A stretch of 64,000 bases of DNA from positions 2,604,001 through 2,668,000 of the forward strand of contig CATNEN010000025.1 of assembly GCA_950097015.1 (NCBI GenBank), in the 5' to 3' direction. Shown here piece by piece: positions 1 to 13,000 of the stretch. The first letter of the stretch is position 1. The number at the start of each line of letters is the position of its first letter. The position numbers were made by a program, and so were the translations under genes. Source of the stretch: Macrostomum hystrix (lineage: Eukaryota > Animalia > Platyhelminthes). Under the pieces are notes generated by a model. That model worked only from the letters and a program-made list of their open reading frames with translations, was not told where the DNA came from and ran no database searches.

Positions 1-399
1 TATACATTTTCCTTTTTACCACTTATTATCAAAACAGTAAATACAGGCATAGTTATTCTGTTAATCAATAATGAAAGTACTCGAAAGTTAATGCTAAATC
101 CAGAATGCAGTGTCCCAAACCAAATGAAGTGTGGAAGAAGTTTTAGGTAAAAGCATTCTATTTGTGCAGCGGATAGCTGTGCTATGCTGTTTTAAGCTTC
201 GGGACTAAATTGTCACTTGGAGGGGGGAAGAATAGTAGAAAGATGTAGTTTAATCCAGAAAAATCTTTCTGTAACTGAAAATCTCTTTATCCGGAAAATA
301 AGATTCTCTCATTGAGTCATTACTTAAATTAGAATATCCTTACTATTAAACCACAATCCCCTATCCTCAAAGCATTATCAGTCATCCTCAAAACATAAT

Positions 400-955
400 C
401 CCTCATGCCTTCCTTAAACCCGAATCCCTATTCTCAAACTCGAATCCCCATACTCAAATCTGAATCCCCATTCTAAATCCAGAGTCCCCACTCTCAAACC
501 CGAATCCCTAATCTCGAATCCTAATCCCCCGATCCTCAAATTCTCATACCTAATGCCCCGATCCTCAAATCCTCATCCCTATTCCCCCGATCCTCAAATC
601 CTCATCCCTAATCTCCGATCCTCAAATCCTCATCCCTAATCTCCGATCCTCAAATCCTCATCCCTAATCCCCCGATCCTCAAATCCTCATCCCTAATCTC
701 CGATCCTCAAATCCTCATCCCTAATTTCCGATCCTCAAATCCTCATCCCTAATCCCCCGATCCTCAAATCCTCATCCCTAATCTCCGATCCTTAAATCCT
801 CATCCCTAATGCCCCGATCCTCAAACCCTCATCCCTAATCCCCCGATCCTCAAATCCTCATCCCTAATCCGCCGATCGTCAAACCCTCATCCTTAATCCC
901 CTGATCCCAAACCGGAATCCCTCATCCCTCACGCCCGAATATCTAATCCACAAAC
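400..955. repeat. Minisatellite, about 27-28 bp unit (gatcctcaaatcctcatccctaatcccc)
   Basis: Visible tandem units ending about 25 bp before the AGAP acceptor at 980. Confidence 0.9.
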
Positions 956-979
956 CGGAATCCTCTGACTTTAACACAG

Positions 980-3900
980 GCGGCCGCTTCAAAAAGGAGG
1001 TGTCAGTGCCAGACGTTGGCAGTTGTCTGTTGCTCATTCGCGACGAAGGCGGCCCGCCGGACGCACAGTTCGCTGCCTGGTGCGACGCCTGCGTGTTCGT
1101 GTTTGCGTTGGATTGCGCCGAAAGTCTAGATGCGGTTTATCAGTACTACGGCCGTGTGGCCCAGTGCCGCAGCCTAGCGGACCTGCCACTGCTGCTGGTG
1201 GGCACCCAGGGTAAGCTCGGCATTTGCACTTGAGCTGTTGGATCCTCAGTTTGCAATTCTTTCTCAGATCCTCTGTATTGGGTTCAGTCTCTTAATAATA
1301 ATAATAATAATTGCAGGAGGGCTGCGGGCAATGGCACACCATTTGGTGACACTAGTCCCGCAACCAGCCAGGAGGCAATTCAGCTCATTTCGCTGACTCC
1401 TGAGCACACACGCACAAAGATACTGTACGCAGGAACACACTCACACAGGTGTGTACATCTGCCCTGACTTTCTCATCGTCAGGCAGTGTGCACTCTCACT
1501 GTGCCTTGGAGGTTGGCCTTAAAGGGCTTCTTTTGCTCGACAATGCCACAAGCCTTCTCTCCGCTGCTGCGCCCCAAATGAAGATGTGCATTTAGGCTCT
1601 TTCTCAGATTCTCAGGTTTGGGTTCAGGCCTTTTCTTAGATCCTTTATTCAACCTTTCTATTGTTTATTTCTTTCTAATCTCTTCTGTTGGATTCCTGGG
1701 ATTAACTGGATATATTGCATTACATATTAGCACTGTAGGCTACTTTATCACTACGAGTGATTGTTCAAACTACGTATAAACAGGTACTAAATTTTATAAA
1801 CTTTAATTTTTGTTGCATCACTCGTCCTTCCCTAGCAAGTGACTGTCTCGTAAACTGAATAAAATGATTATACATAGTGCTAGGACTGAGTAGGATGTCG
1901 AGGTTGTTGCTGTACTTTTTTCAAGAACTAAAAACCTATTTTATTTGGCTAACGTAACTGACTAAATTATTTTCTTAGAAACATAACAACCAAATAGAAT
2001 TAACATGTATACATTCTAACGTTTTTTTCGCTTTCCCTATTGTGTGACATATCTTTTATATCCTTGCGCCAGACACTATTAGCGAGTCGAGACCTCGCGT
2101 TATCGACGAGATGCGGACGCGTAAAGCTGCTCAAGATTTGCGCCGGTGTCCCTACTTTGAAACCTGCGCCACCTACGGCCACAATGTTGACCGAGTCTTT
2201 CAAGAGGGTGAGCTTCCAGAATTAAACATTTTTTCGCTGCACACTACTATCGCAATCATTGAAGTAGTATCTTCAGAAATTAGAAGTTTAAAAGCATAAT
2301 TTTTAATATACATCATAAATTTATTGAGCATTGACCGAATGCCCAACTTTCCATCCATTGAAAATCTCCACTTCAGCCCTTTACTTCGAGGCTTGAGACT
2401 GGATTCCATAAGCCACAATCTATAATCCTTTTTTGATGGGCAAAATCAAATGCTATTATAAGAATTTGACTTCAGAATTTCTAACGCCGTTTGATGTGAA
2501 GTAGCAAACAATTAGATTTTTATCTCGAAACACGAATTTCAAATTATTCCCAATTAGTTACCATGGCTCGGGCTTATGCGCTGTTTAGAAGCTGTAAATT
2601 TTTGTTAGCCCCACAAACCCCCACCTCTGGCCGGCAATAAAAATAATAAAAACGAGTATCTATAATTATTATAAGCGTGGGTGAGTTAATGATATGGCAT
2701 ATAGCCCAGATGTCTGATTGAACGACTGGAGTCCTGCAGGTGATATCCAGAGCACCAACTGTGAGACTGTGCTCACTCTCTGTTTAGAAGTGACTTTAGC
2801 CCAGTTCTCGGATACTGACGTTATTCTTTCATCTTCTTTTTTTATCTCCTCTGCCAATTTTTTATTGTCTCCATCCCCAGTTTAGACTATGAATAAATTA
2901 TACGAATTTTGTGTCTAGGGGTGAGTGAGTGTTTTTTTGTCATCGTCACACATTTCTCCCATCCCAACATTGCCTGGACACGCAGTAGGAAAAATATATA
3001 ATTTAGCTAACTGAAATTCCGACATTTATTTAACTCTTTATCACTTAGGCCTGCCAGGTGGTTCCTAAGAAAAACGATATTTTTGCAGAATGTTCGCGCT
3101 TGGATTATTGATGGATTTTTACAGCTTCTCATAGTTTTTTTCCTGAGATTAATTCTCATTTTGCCTTCTGTCACATCTGTTATTTGGATAGTTACTTGCC
3201 AATTACCGATTAACGTTCAGGACCTTTAGTTTTTACTTTGGATGAACTAATTCAATCTATGATATGGGATGTTACTCATACGTAATTCCAGATCCTCTAA
3301 CACTCCAGATCCTCTGACATCCCACACCCTCTCACATCCCAGATCCTCTAACATCCCAGATCCTCTAACTTCCCAGATCCTCTCACATTCCAGATCCTCT
3401 AACATCCCAGATCCTCTAACTTCCCAGATCCTCTCACATTCCAGATCCTCTAACATCCCAGATCCTCTAACTTCCCAGATCCTCTAACTTCCCAGATACT
3501 CTAACACCCCACACCCTCTCACATCCCAGATTCTCTAACTTCCCAGATACTCTAACACCCCACACCCTCTAACTTCCCAGATCCTCTAACTTCCCAGATA
3601 CTCTAACACCCCACACCCTCTCACATCCCAGATCCTCTAACTTCCCAGATCCTCTAACACCCCAGATCCTCTAACTTCCCAGATACTCTAACATCTGGGA
3701 TAATGCAAATTATAATGGAATAACAATAGATAATGCAGTTTACAAGAAAACTCAAGCACCATTGTGGAGATTTCGAGGGCAGAAGCTTAACTTAACATGA
3801 TCATCTGGGATATTAGAGGATAGAGGATATTAGAGGATTGAGAGGATCTGGGATGTGAGAGGGTGTGGGATGTTAGAGGATCTGGGATGCTAGAGGATAT

Positions 3901-6900
3901 GGGATGTTTGAGGATCTGGGATGTTAGAGGATCTGGGATGTGAGAGGGTGTGGGATGTTAGAGGATCTGGGATGTTAGAGGATCTGGGGTGTTAGATGAT
4001 CTGGGGTGCTAGAGAATCTGGGATATTAGAGGATCTGGGATGTTTGAGGATCTGAAATGTTAGAGGATCTGGGATGCTAGAGGATCTGGGATGTGAGAGG
4101 GTGTGGGATGTTAGAGGATCTGGGATGTTAGAGGATCTGGGTGTTAGAGGATCTGGGATGTGAGAGGGTGTGGGATGTTAGAGGATCTGGGATGTTTGAG
4201 GATCTGGGATGTTAGAGGATCTGGGATGTGAGAGGGTGTGGGATGTTAGAGGATCTGGGATGTTAGAGGATCTGGGGTGTTAGATGATCTGGGGTGCTAG
4301 AGAATCTGGGATATTAGAGGATCTGGGATGTTTGAGGATCTGAAATGTGAGAGGATCTGGGATGTTAGAGGATCTGGGATGTGAGAGGGTGTGGGATGTT
4401 AGAGGATCTGGGATGTTAGAGGATCTGGGATGTTAGAGGATCTGGGATGTTAGAGGATCTGGGGTGTTATTTCTAGAAGTCTCTGATCTGGGGTGTGGGA
4501 AGTTAGAGGATCTGGGATGTGAGAGGGTGTGGGATGTTAGAGTATCTGGGAAGTTAGAGAATCTGGGATGTGAGAGGGTGTGGGGTGTTAGAGTATCTGG
4601 GAAGTTAGAGGATCTGGGATGTGAGAGGGTGTGGGGTGTTAGAGTATCTGGGAAGTTAGAGGATCTGGGATGTGAGAGGGTGTGGGGTGTTAGAGTATCT
4701 GGGAAGTTAGAGGATCTGGGATGTGAGAGGGTGTGGTATTTTGTCGCTTAGTCGCCTAAATACTTGAACATCTGATGTCCGGGTCCTCAGATTCCAATCA
4801 ATAATCACGCAATGCGTTACTGACACGCAAGCATAAGTCACTGAAAGTTAAAATCCTTATTGAAAAAAATCGTATAGAGTCGGAGACACTGGATATCTTG
4901 TAAGTCACGCAATGGTTAAGCTGTGTTTGCTGCACCTTATGGGACAGAAACTCCTCTCTTCTCCTACTAAATCCTAGCCATTTAAAATCATATATATTAG
5001 CTGTGGACTGCGTTTAGCAATACGGGCTTATAGATAATGATAGGCTACTTCAAAATATAGATACTTAATAATACGAGCTGTAAAGTATAAATATGTATGA
5101 GGATTCAGTATCCAGTCTCTTTTATCCCATCTTTTATAACACGCTTGATTATCTTCTCTACAATTATTAAACTGGGCGTGAAAAATGTGTTGTGATGCTG
5201 TTTAGACTCCACCCTAAGGACCTCTTCCCCATTATGCTTGGCCGCGCCCGACCCCCCTAAATATATTTTTGTCAATGAGTTGCCATGCTTAATATTTAAA
5301 TTTTTCAATGATTGCAAGCCACGCCTCTCCCTTTCAGACCCTTTCGTTTTTTCTGAAATTGAATTTTTAACAAAAGGTCTAGCCCTGTTTATTTGAAATC
5401 CCAATTCCTAAATTCCTACTTAACAAACGACCCGATTCGTCCAATTCTGACTCAACCGAATTCAGAATCAGTAAAATCCCAACTCTCTGAGATCCCAACT
5501 CACTTTGATCCCATTCCCAACTCACATAGATCCGAACTCACATAGATCCGAACTCACTTAGATTCTAACTAACTTAGATCCCAACACACTTAGATCCCAA
5601 CACACTTAGATCCCAACACACTTAGATCCCAACTCAATTAGATCCCAACTCACATAGATCCCAACTCACTTATATCCCAACTCACTTAGATCCCAACTCA
5701 CATAGATCCGAACTCACATAGATCCGAACTCACTTAGATTCTAACTAACTTAGATCCCAGCACACTTAGATCCCAACACACTTAGATCCCAACTCACTTA
5801 TATCCCAACACACTTAGATCCCAACTTACATAGATCCCAACTCACATAGATCCCAACTCACATAGATCCCAACTCACTTAGATCCCAACACACTTAGATC
5901 CCAACTAACTTATATCTCAACTAACTTATATCCCAAATCACCTAGATCCCTACTCACTTAGCTCCCAACTCACTTAGATCCCGAATCACCTAGATCCCTA
6001 CTCACTTAGCTCCCAACTCACTTAGATCCCAACTCACTTAGATCCCAACTCACTTAGATCCCAACTTGCTTGTATCGAAACTCACTGAGATCCAAACTTG
6101 CTTGAATCCCAACTCTCATAGATCTTAACTCACTGAAAACCCAACTCGCTTGTATCGCAACTCACTAAGGGCCCGATTCATTCTAATCCTAATTAGCTCT
6201 TCTTGGATCCGCTACATGTAGCTCGTACATGATCTATCCTTACAGATCAGTACAGAGAACCATTTCAATATTAGTCTACCCCGTCTAACTTTTATTTTTT
6301 CTATTGAAAGGCCTACATGGCAACTACTAGGCGATCTTAAATGGATTATCTTTTTTAGTTGTTAAGTGGGGCTTGATCTCAATCGAATTCAGTCGAAATA
6401 TTGATTATATCTATGCTATGCTCCGTGCTCAAATTATGAGCATGAATTTTTATCACGCTAAAAAAGCTAACAAGCGGGCTTTTGAGCCTGTTGCTACCCA
6501 GAAAGGTTTTAGGGCCATTGTGGACTCCTGAAAAAATCGGATAGAGAAACGCAGCATGAGGGCTCAGAGCTGTGTTTTTTTTACAAAAATTCCTCTTACT
6601 TTGTATAGTTGTGGAAATACAGTGAAGCCTTAAAAAACATCTTACAATGCATATATTCATTTTTGTGCGAAATCCTCATTCATTACAATTTCTATTCCCC
6701 AAGATCTCGTATGTTATTCAAGGCCTGATTCCCTTATTATCTTAAATTCTTCGAAATCCCAATGCACCAAAATCCCAACACACTGAAATCCCAACACATC
6801 TAAATCACAATTCGTCAAAATCCCAACATCCCAACCCATCGAAATCCCAATGAACTGAAATCCTAACATCCCAACCCATCGAAATCCCAATGAACTGAAA

Positions 6901-9900
6901 TCCCAACATCCCAACCCATCGAAATCCCAATGAACTGAAATCCCAATATGCCGAAATCCCAATACGCCGAAATCCCAATACGCTGAAATCCCAACACATC
7001 GAAATCCCAACACATCGAAATCCCAACACGCCGAAATCCCAATACGCCGAAATCCCAATACACTGAAATCCCAATTCGTCAAAATCCCAACATCCCAACA
7101 CGCCGAAATCCCAATACGCCGAAATCCCCAATGCACTGAATTCCCAATTCGCCGAAATCTCCCATTCTTAAGTGGGGCATTTATTCCATTCTTCGTCTTA
7201 AGCAACAGGAAACATTTCTTTGCTTTTGTGCTAGTCGCAACTCGGGAAATTTAAATGTAAACTGGTCTGTCTGCGTTTGAAGCGAAATACCAGATGCTTG
7301 AGTGGGCCTTTTCATTTTCTCTTGCGCGTGATTCTGTAGAAATAATGTCACGCTTAAGTAAGCACTCATGCGGCTGGAATGCTGAAAAGTTTCTTAAAAA
7401 GCAACTACAAACAAAGCTGATGCTTGACTATATTGGATATTTGAGCAGATGGTGTCTACAAAAAGTCAACAAAAACACTATATTTAGTCTTCTAGAAGAA
7501 GCTTGGTTAATTGTTCACTGCAACTCCAGCAGCCATCGAGTTTTGTTTTCAAAGATGGAATTAGTTCATCTTCGGTGGGAATTTTTCAGTTGCGATGACC
7601 GGCAGAGGGTGAAATGGGAGAACAAGTGTTTAGTTTGGAGCGAAGACTTTCTCCTCCCTAAAAAAGTGTTCCCCCCACCCCTAACAATTTCGTGGTCTCA
7701 TCTTTCGAAGAACGGCAAGCTGGAACTTCGCACCTTTTCCTTCCTTTGGTGACTCTACTCAGCTCAGCGTGTGGCAAATGGGAGCCAATCTACTCTTTGT
7801 CCCGCTGCGCGTGCGCTCCATGTGCTCACGTGTGCTCACGTGTGCACGAGTGAGGCGTTGTTGTGCAACTCTTGCTTTGAAAAACTTCCCTCCTGCCAGT
7901 CTGCCAGCTGCCGCCTCCTCCCACTGACCCTCATCCCATTCTTTTCACTTTCATTCTGGTTGATCAAGGCCAAATAACAGACAGGCCAGTCTAGGCCAAT
8001 TAGGAATTCTACACTTGGGGTCGGCGGTATTCTATACACATTGCTTGGCCTACGAGAGAATCCAAAATACTACAGTGGGTTACGATTGACTGTAGAGTGT
8101 TAAGGCATCAATGAGATGAGACTGGAGACTTGAAAGAGATGAGACAGTGGAGAGATGAGACAGTAGAGAGATGAGACAGTGGAGAGATGAGACAGTAGAG
8201 AGATGAGACAGTGGAGAGATGAGACAGTAGAGAGATGAGACAGTGGAGAGACGAGACAGTAGAGAGATGAGACAGTGGAGAGATGAGACAGTAGAGAGAT
8301 GAGACAGTAGAGAGATGAGACAGTGGAGAGACGAGACAGTAGAGAGATGAGACAGTGGAGAGATGAGACAGTAGAGAGATGAGACAGTGGAGAGACGAGA
8401 CAGTAGAGAGATGAGACAGTGGAGAGATGAGACAGTAGAGAGATGAGACAGTGGAGAGACGAGACAGTGGAGAGATGAGACAGTGGAGAGATGAGACAGT
8501 GGAGAGATTAGACAGTGGAGAGATGAGACAGTGGAGAGAAGAGACAGTGGAGAGATAAAACTACTGCTACACAAAGAGAGGAACTATAAAACTTTCTAGA
8601 TTGCAGTGTGGGCCCAGCAATTTATCAGAGTTTTTATACCTTCGTGCCGTCGGTCGCCTCGCTGTAAAGGTAATTGGTGGCTTTTCCAAGTTTGCGGGTC
8701 CCAGCTGCCCCGCTTGCACCGCCATCCTGCCTTCCTTCCTTCCTGTCTCAACTCCTATTCCCCTCGTGCTCCTCCTACCGTGTCTTCTCCCGCAATAAAA
8801 TTCCTCCCTCGCACAAAATTATCCCTATCAATCTTAAGCCGCCAAGAGGATCACTGGATTCTCTCTAGGAAGATGCTTTCAACTAAAACAGATAGCGATC
8901 TGTTTGCACAACAGCGCGAATCAGAAGATCTTGACTTGAGGCATCGCTATTTTAATAGTTATGTAACAGTCGCTACAGTTTGGTCCGAAATATTCCCTAC
9001 TTAGCAACTGAAACTGATGTATCTTTCAATCGCATAATCTTTCTAGTCTAAGTGTGTCTCTGTTACACTTTTTGATCAGGTCTACTCAATGCCTTGTAAG
9101 TGATAAGCTTAATTATCTGTGATTGATATCTGGATCCTCATCAAAGTCATTTTTCTATTGTACTGTTTTACCTTCATCTTTATCACTACTCTTCATCAGT
9201 TTTAGCAGTGTTTAGCACAGTTCGAAGTGAATTGTCGCCTTGGCTACCCTATCCGTCTTGTTCAGTTTTTGAAGAACCTGTATCATAGCACGCAGCATTG
9301 TGAAGTGCGAGGCTATAGTGTTTTATACACACACCTGATCGTCTCTAGCAATCTTATCGGTTTATTCGACCGGAAGTTTTTTCTGTTTTCTGTCTTGCTC
9401 TAAGACCATCCCACGGTCCTATCCCATCTTGTCTCTCAGCTTGTTTCTTGTATCCAATTTCTTATCTTCTGCTTTAAAGATGTTGAAGCTCATTCACGCG
9501 TGTCCGCCTGCCTGGGGCTGTGGGGGAACTATAGTTTTAATTGGCTCTTGTCTGAAACAGTTCCCAACCTACTAATTTCAATTCTTTTTCCAGTTTTAAG
9601 AGTTCTAAGAAACTCTTAGTCTGGTTTTAACCAGAGCCACCACAACCAAGCCATTGTTGGCTGTCTGTCTGGCTGTGTGTCTGTGTGTTATAAAGGCGAG
9701 ACAGCCTTAAATGACGTCACAAACAATTTAGAGCACTGACCACTTTCTCAAAAAGCCTGCCCCTTCAACCCTCTCCCAAACAAACACTAGCCATACAGTT
9801 TTCCCTAGCTAAATGCTATGAAATATGCCGAATTCCAAGGTTTTAATAAGAAATCGCTTCCTAGAAATGAAAAATTCATTTCAATCTTATTGAAGGCGCA

Positions 9901-9982
9901 GCAGCTGTTAGGTATGTCTGGGTCACGTTCTGTCCATAAATAAATGAGATTCTATTTTAACAACTGGCCCTAGGTCTGGTCC

Positions 9983-10020
<38 letters not shown>

Positions 10021-13000
10021 TCAGTTTTGAGTATTAAAGGAGCCTACTAGAATTTTCTAGGCATATTGGGGCCTAGATTGATTGCACAAGCTTGACCGCA
10101 CTTGAAGCATCTCTAAACAAACACAAACCGAGAAACACCGCTTAGGCGAGAACGAGGCGACGATCCTATAGCTCAGGTCACATCCTCACTCTGGGAAACA
10201 CGTGCCGCCAATTAGTTCTCTCTACTAGAAGAGGGACAGCTATGGTCGGAACTCGATTTTAGCTTTTGATTGATGCTGCTATTTAGACTTGCCAGTTTAC
10301 CTGAATCTTCAGTTTACCTGAATCTTCAGTTTACCTGAATCTTCAGTTTACCTGAATCTTCAGTTTACCTGAATCTTCAGTTTACCTGAATCTTCAGTTT
10401 ACCTGAATCTTCAGTTTACCTGAATCTTCAGTTTACCTGAATCTTCAGTTTACCTGAATCTTCAGTTTACCTGAATCTTCAGTTTACCTGAATCTTCAGT
10501 TTACCTGAATCTTCAGTTTACCTGAATCTTCAGTTTACCTGAATCTTCAGTTTACCTGAATCTTCAGTTTACCTGAATCTTCAGTTTACCTGAATCTTCA
10601 GTTTACCTGAATCTTCAGTTTACCTGAATCTTCAGTTTACCTGAATCTTCAGTTTACCTGAATCTTCAGTTTACCTGAATCTTCAGTTTACCTGAATCTT
10701 CAGTTTACCTGAATCTTCAGTTTACCTGAATCTTCAGTTTACCTGAATCTTCAGTTTACCTGAATCTTCAGTTTACCTGAATCTTCAGTTTACCTGAATC
10801 TTCAGTTTACCTGAATCTTCAGTTTACCTGAATCTTCAGTTTACCTGAATCTTCAGTTTACCTGAATCTTCAGTTTACCTGAATCTTCAGTTTACCTGAA
10901 TCTTCAGTTTACCGGAATGTTTATTTCCTGAATTACTACCTGAAGAAGCCACGTCTTATTAATCGCGTTTTTTAAGAGAATTAGAATGGTTCTCCTAATC
11001 TAAATCTTAATCTATCCCGATAAAACATATTTCCACAGATTATTTATTATTAAAATTTGACAATACTTTGCTTTATAGCAGATTAGAATAAGAAATATGT
11101 GCATGTGTAAAGGGATTTTTAGATTTTCCAACGATATATTTATTTTTGCCTCTAAATGTTAACCTGCTTTGCTAAACAATTCTCCTTTACTTATCTATTG
11201 CTGATGACAAATCCTTTGGCTTCTTGTATTAAGAATAAGTCACCTTTAGTCAGGCACAAGCATCTGACATGCTATTTATGCATTGGCCTGCTGTCTATTT
11301 GCTTTGGAATGCTGAGCGAACTATTTACTTTCAGATCTCATCTGGTAATATTTCGTATTTCTCTAATATTGGCTCCAATCTGGACTCAGTCTCAGTCTCA
11401 GTGTCTGCTTAAAACGAATCCACATTTGGCACCATATGGCCTTTGCAGATTAGAATTAGGCCTAGCTAGCCCCAATAGTTGGGCATTTACCGAGTGCCAT
11501 ATGGCCGACTCGCAATAAAAATAATAATAATAAGTTTAATTCGAAACTTCTTGTGCGCTGTGTTGAGAGTGGAGTGGGGCAGTGGACAGTGATTTAGAAA
11601 ACTTCCTTTCAATATTGTTTTGTTCAGTTTAATACTTTTGGTTAAATGCCTACCATCAATGCTAACTATAATTATTTTTCATACGAATATGAGTTGTAAA
11701 TCTTTTTTAGGGTTATATTTCTAAATTTGAGAAAGTTACAAAGTTACACTGTAACTATTAAAATGATCAGTGGCGAAATTAGAAGATTCATTAACTAGTT
11801 TTACGAGTGTTATATTTCATTTGGCTAAACTCAATTGAAATAGGATTCTCATTTTGTGGCGTCCACGTGTTTATACTGTACATAGACGCTGGGAGTTAAA
11901 GAGAATAAGAGAATAAGAGAATTTGGACAAAAAGTCTGGGAAGGGAGGATCATAGCAGGATGAAGACACTGGGAAGGGAGGGTCAAAGCAGGATGAAGAC
12001 ACTGGGAATGGAGGATCAAAGCAGGATGAAGACACTGGGAAGGGAGGGTCAAAGCAGGATGAAGACACTGGGAAGGGAGGGTCAAAGCGGGATGAAGACA
12101 CTGGGAAGGGAGGATCAAAGCGGGATGAAGACACTGGGAAGGGAGGGTCAAAGCGGGATGAAGACACTGGGAATGGAGGGTCAAAGCGGGATGAAGACAC
12201 TGGGAATGGAGGATCAAAGCGGGATGAAGACACTGGGAATGGCGGGTCAAAGCGGGATGAAGACACTGGGAATGGAGGGTCAAAGCGGGATGAAGACACT
12301 GGGAAGGGAGGGTCAAAGCGGGATGAAGACACTGGGAATGGCGGGTCAAAGCGGGATGAAGACACTGGGAATGGAGGGTCAAAGCGGGATGAAGACACTG
12401 GGAAGGGAGGGTCAAAGCGGGATGAAGACACTGGGAATGGCGGGTCAAAGCGGGATGAAGACACTGGGAATGGAGGATCAAAGCGGGATGAAGACACTGG
12501 AAAGGGAGGGTCAAAGCGGGATGAAGACACTGGGAATGGAGGGTCAAAGCGGGATGAAGACACTGGGAAGGGAGGGTCAAAGCGGGATGAAGACACTGGG
12601 AAGGGAGGGTCAAAGCGGGATGAAGACACTGGGAAGGGAGGGTCAAAGCGGGATGAAGACACTGGGAAGGGAGGGTCAAAGCGGGATGAAGACACTGGGA
12701 AGGGAGGGTCAAAGCGGGATGAAGACACTGGGAATGGAGGGTCAAAGCGGGATGAAGACACTGGGAAGGGAGGGTCAAAGCGGGATGAAGACACTGGGAA
12801 GGGAGGGTCAAAGCGGGATGAAGACACTGGGAATGGAGGGTCAAAGCGGGATGAAGACACTGGGAAGGGAGGGTCAAAGCAGGATAAAGACACTGGGAAG
12901 GGAGGGTCAAAGCAGGATGAAGACACTGGGAATGGAGGGTCAAAGCAGGATGAAGACACTGGGAAGGGAGGGTCAAAGCTGGATGAAGACACTGGGAAGG

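Noticed and set aside
2200-5404. Minus-strand ORFs 2200-2418, 2669-2857 and 5105-5404 as a nested gene or retroelement
   Set aside because: Only faint resemblance to non-LTR GGLGI/GRGL motifs, and no consistent exon chain could be built. blastx would be needed to decide.
8607-8669. 63-nt phase 1-1 candidate cassette exon in AGAP intron 2
   Set aside because: It would split the conserved VFQE-ACHRMI helix, has no homology and has a weak pyrimidine tract.
10293-10913. Regular repeat arrays as CRISPR
   Set aside because: Units are directly adjacent with no unique spacers, no cas genes are present and the context is eukaryotic.
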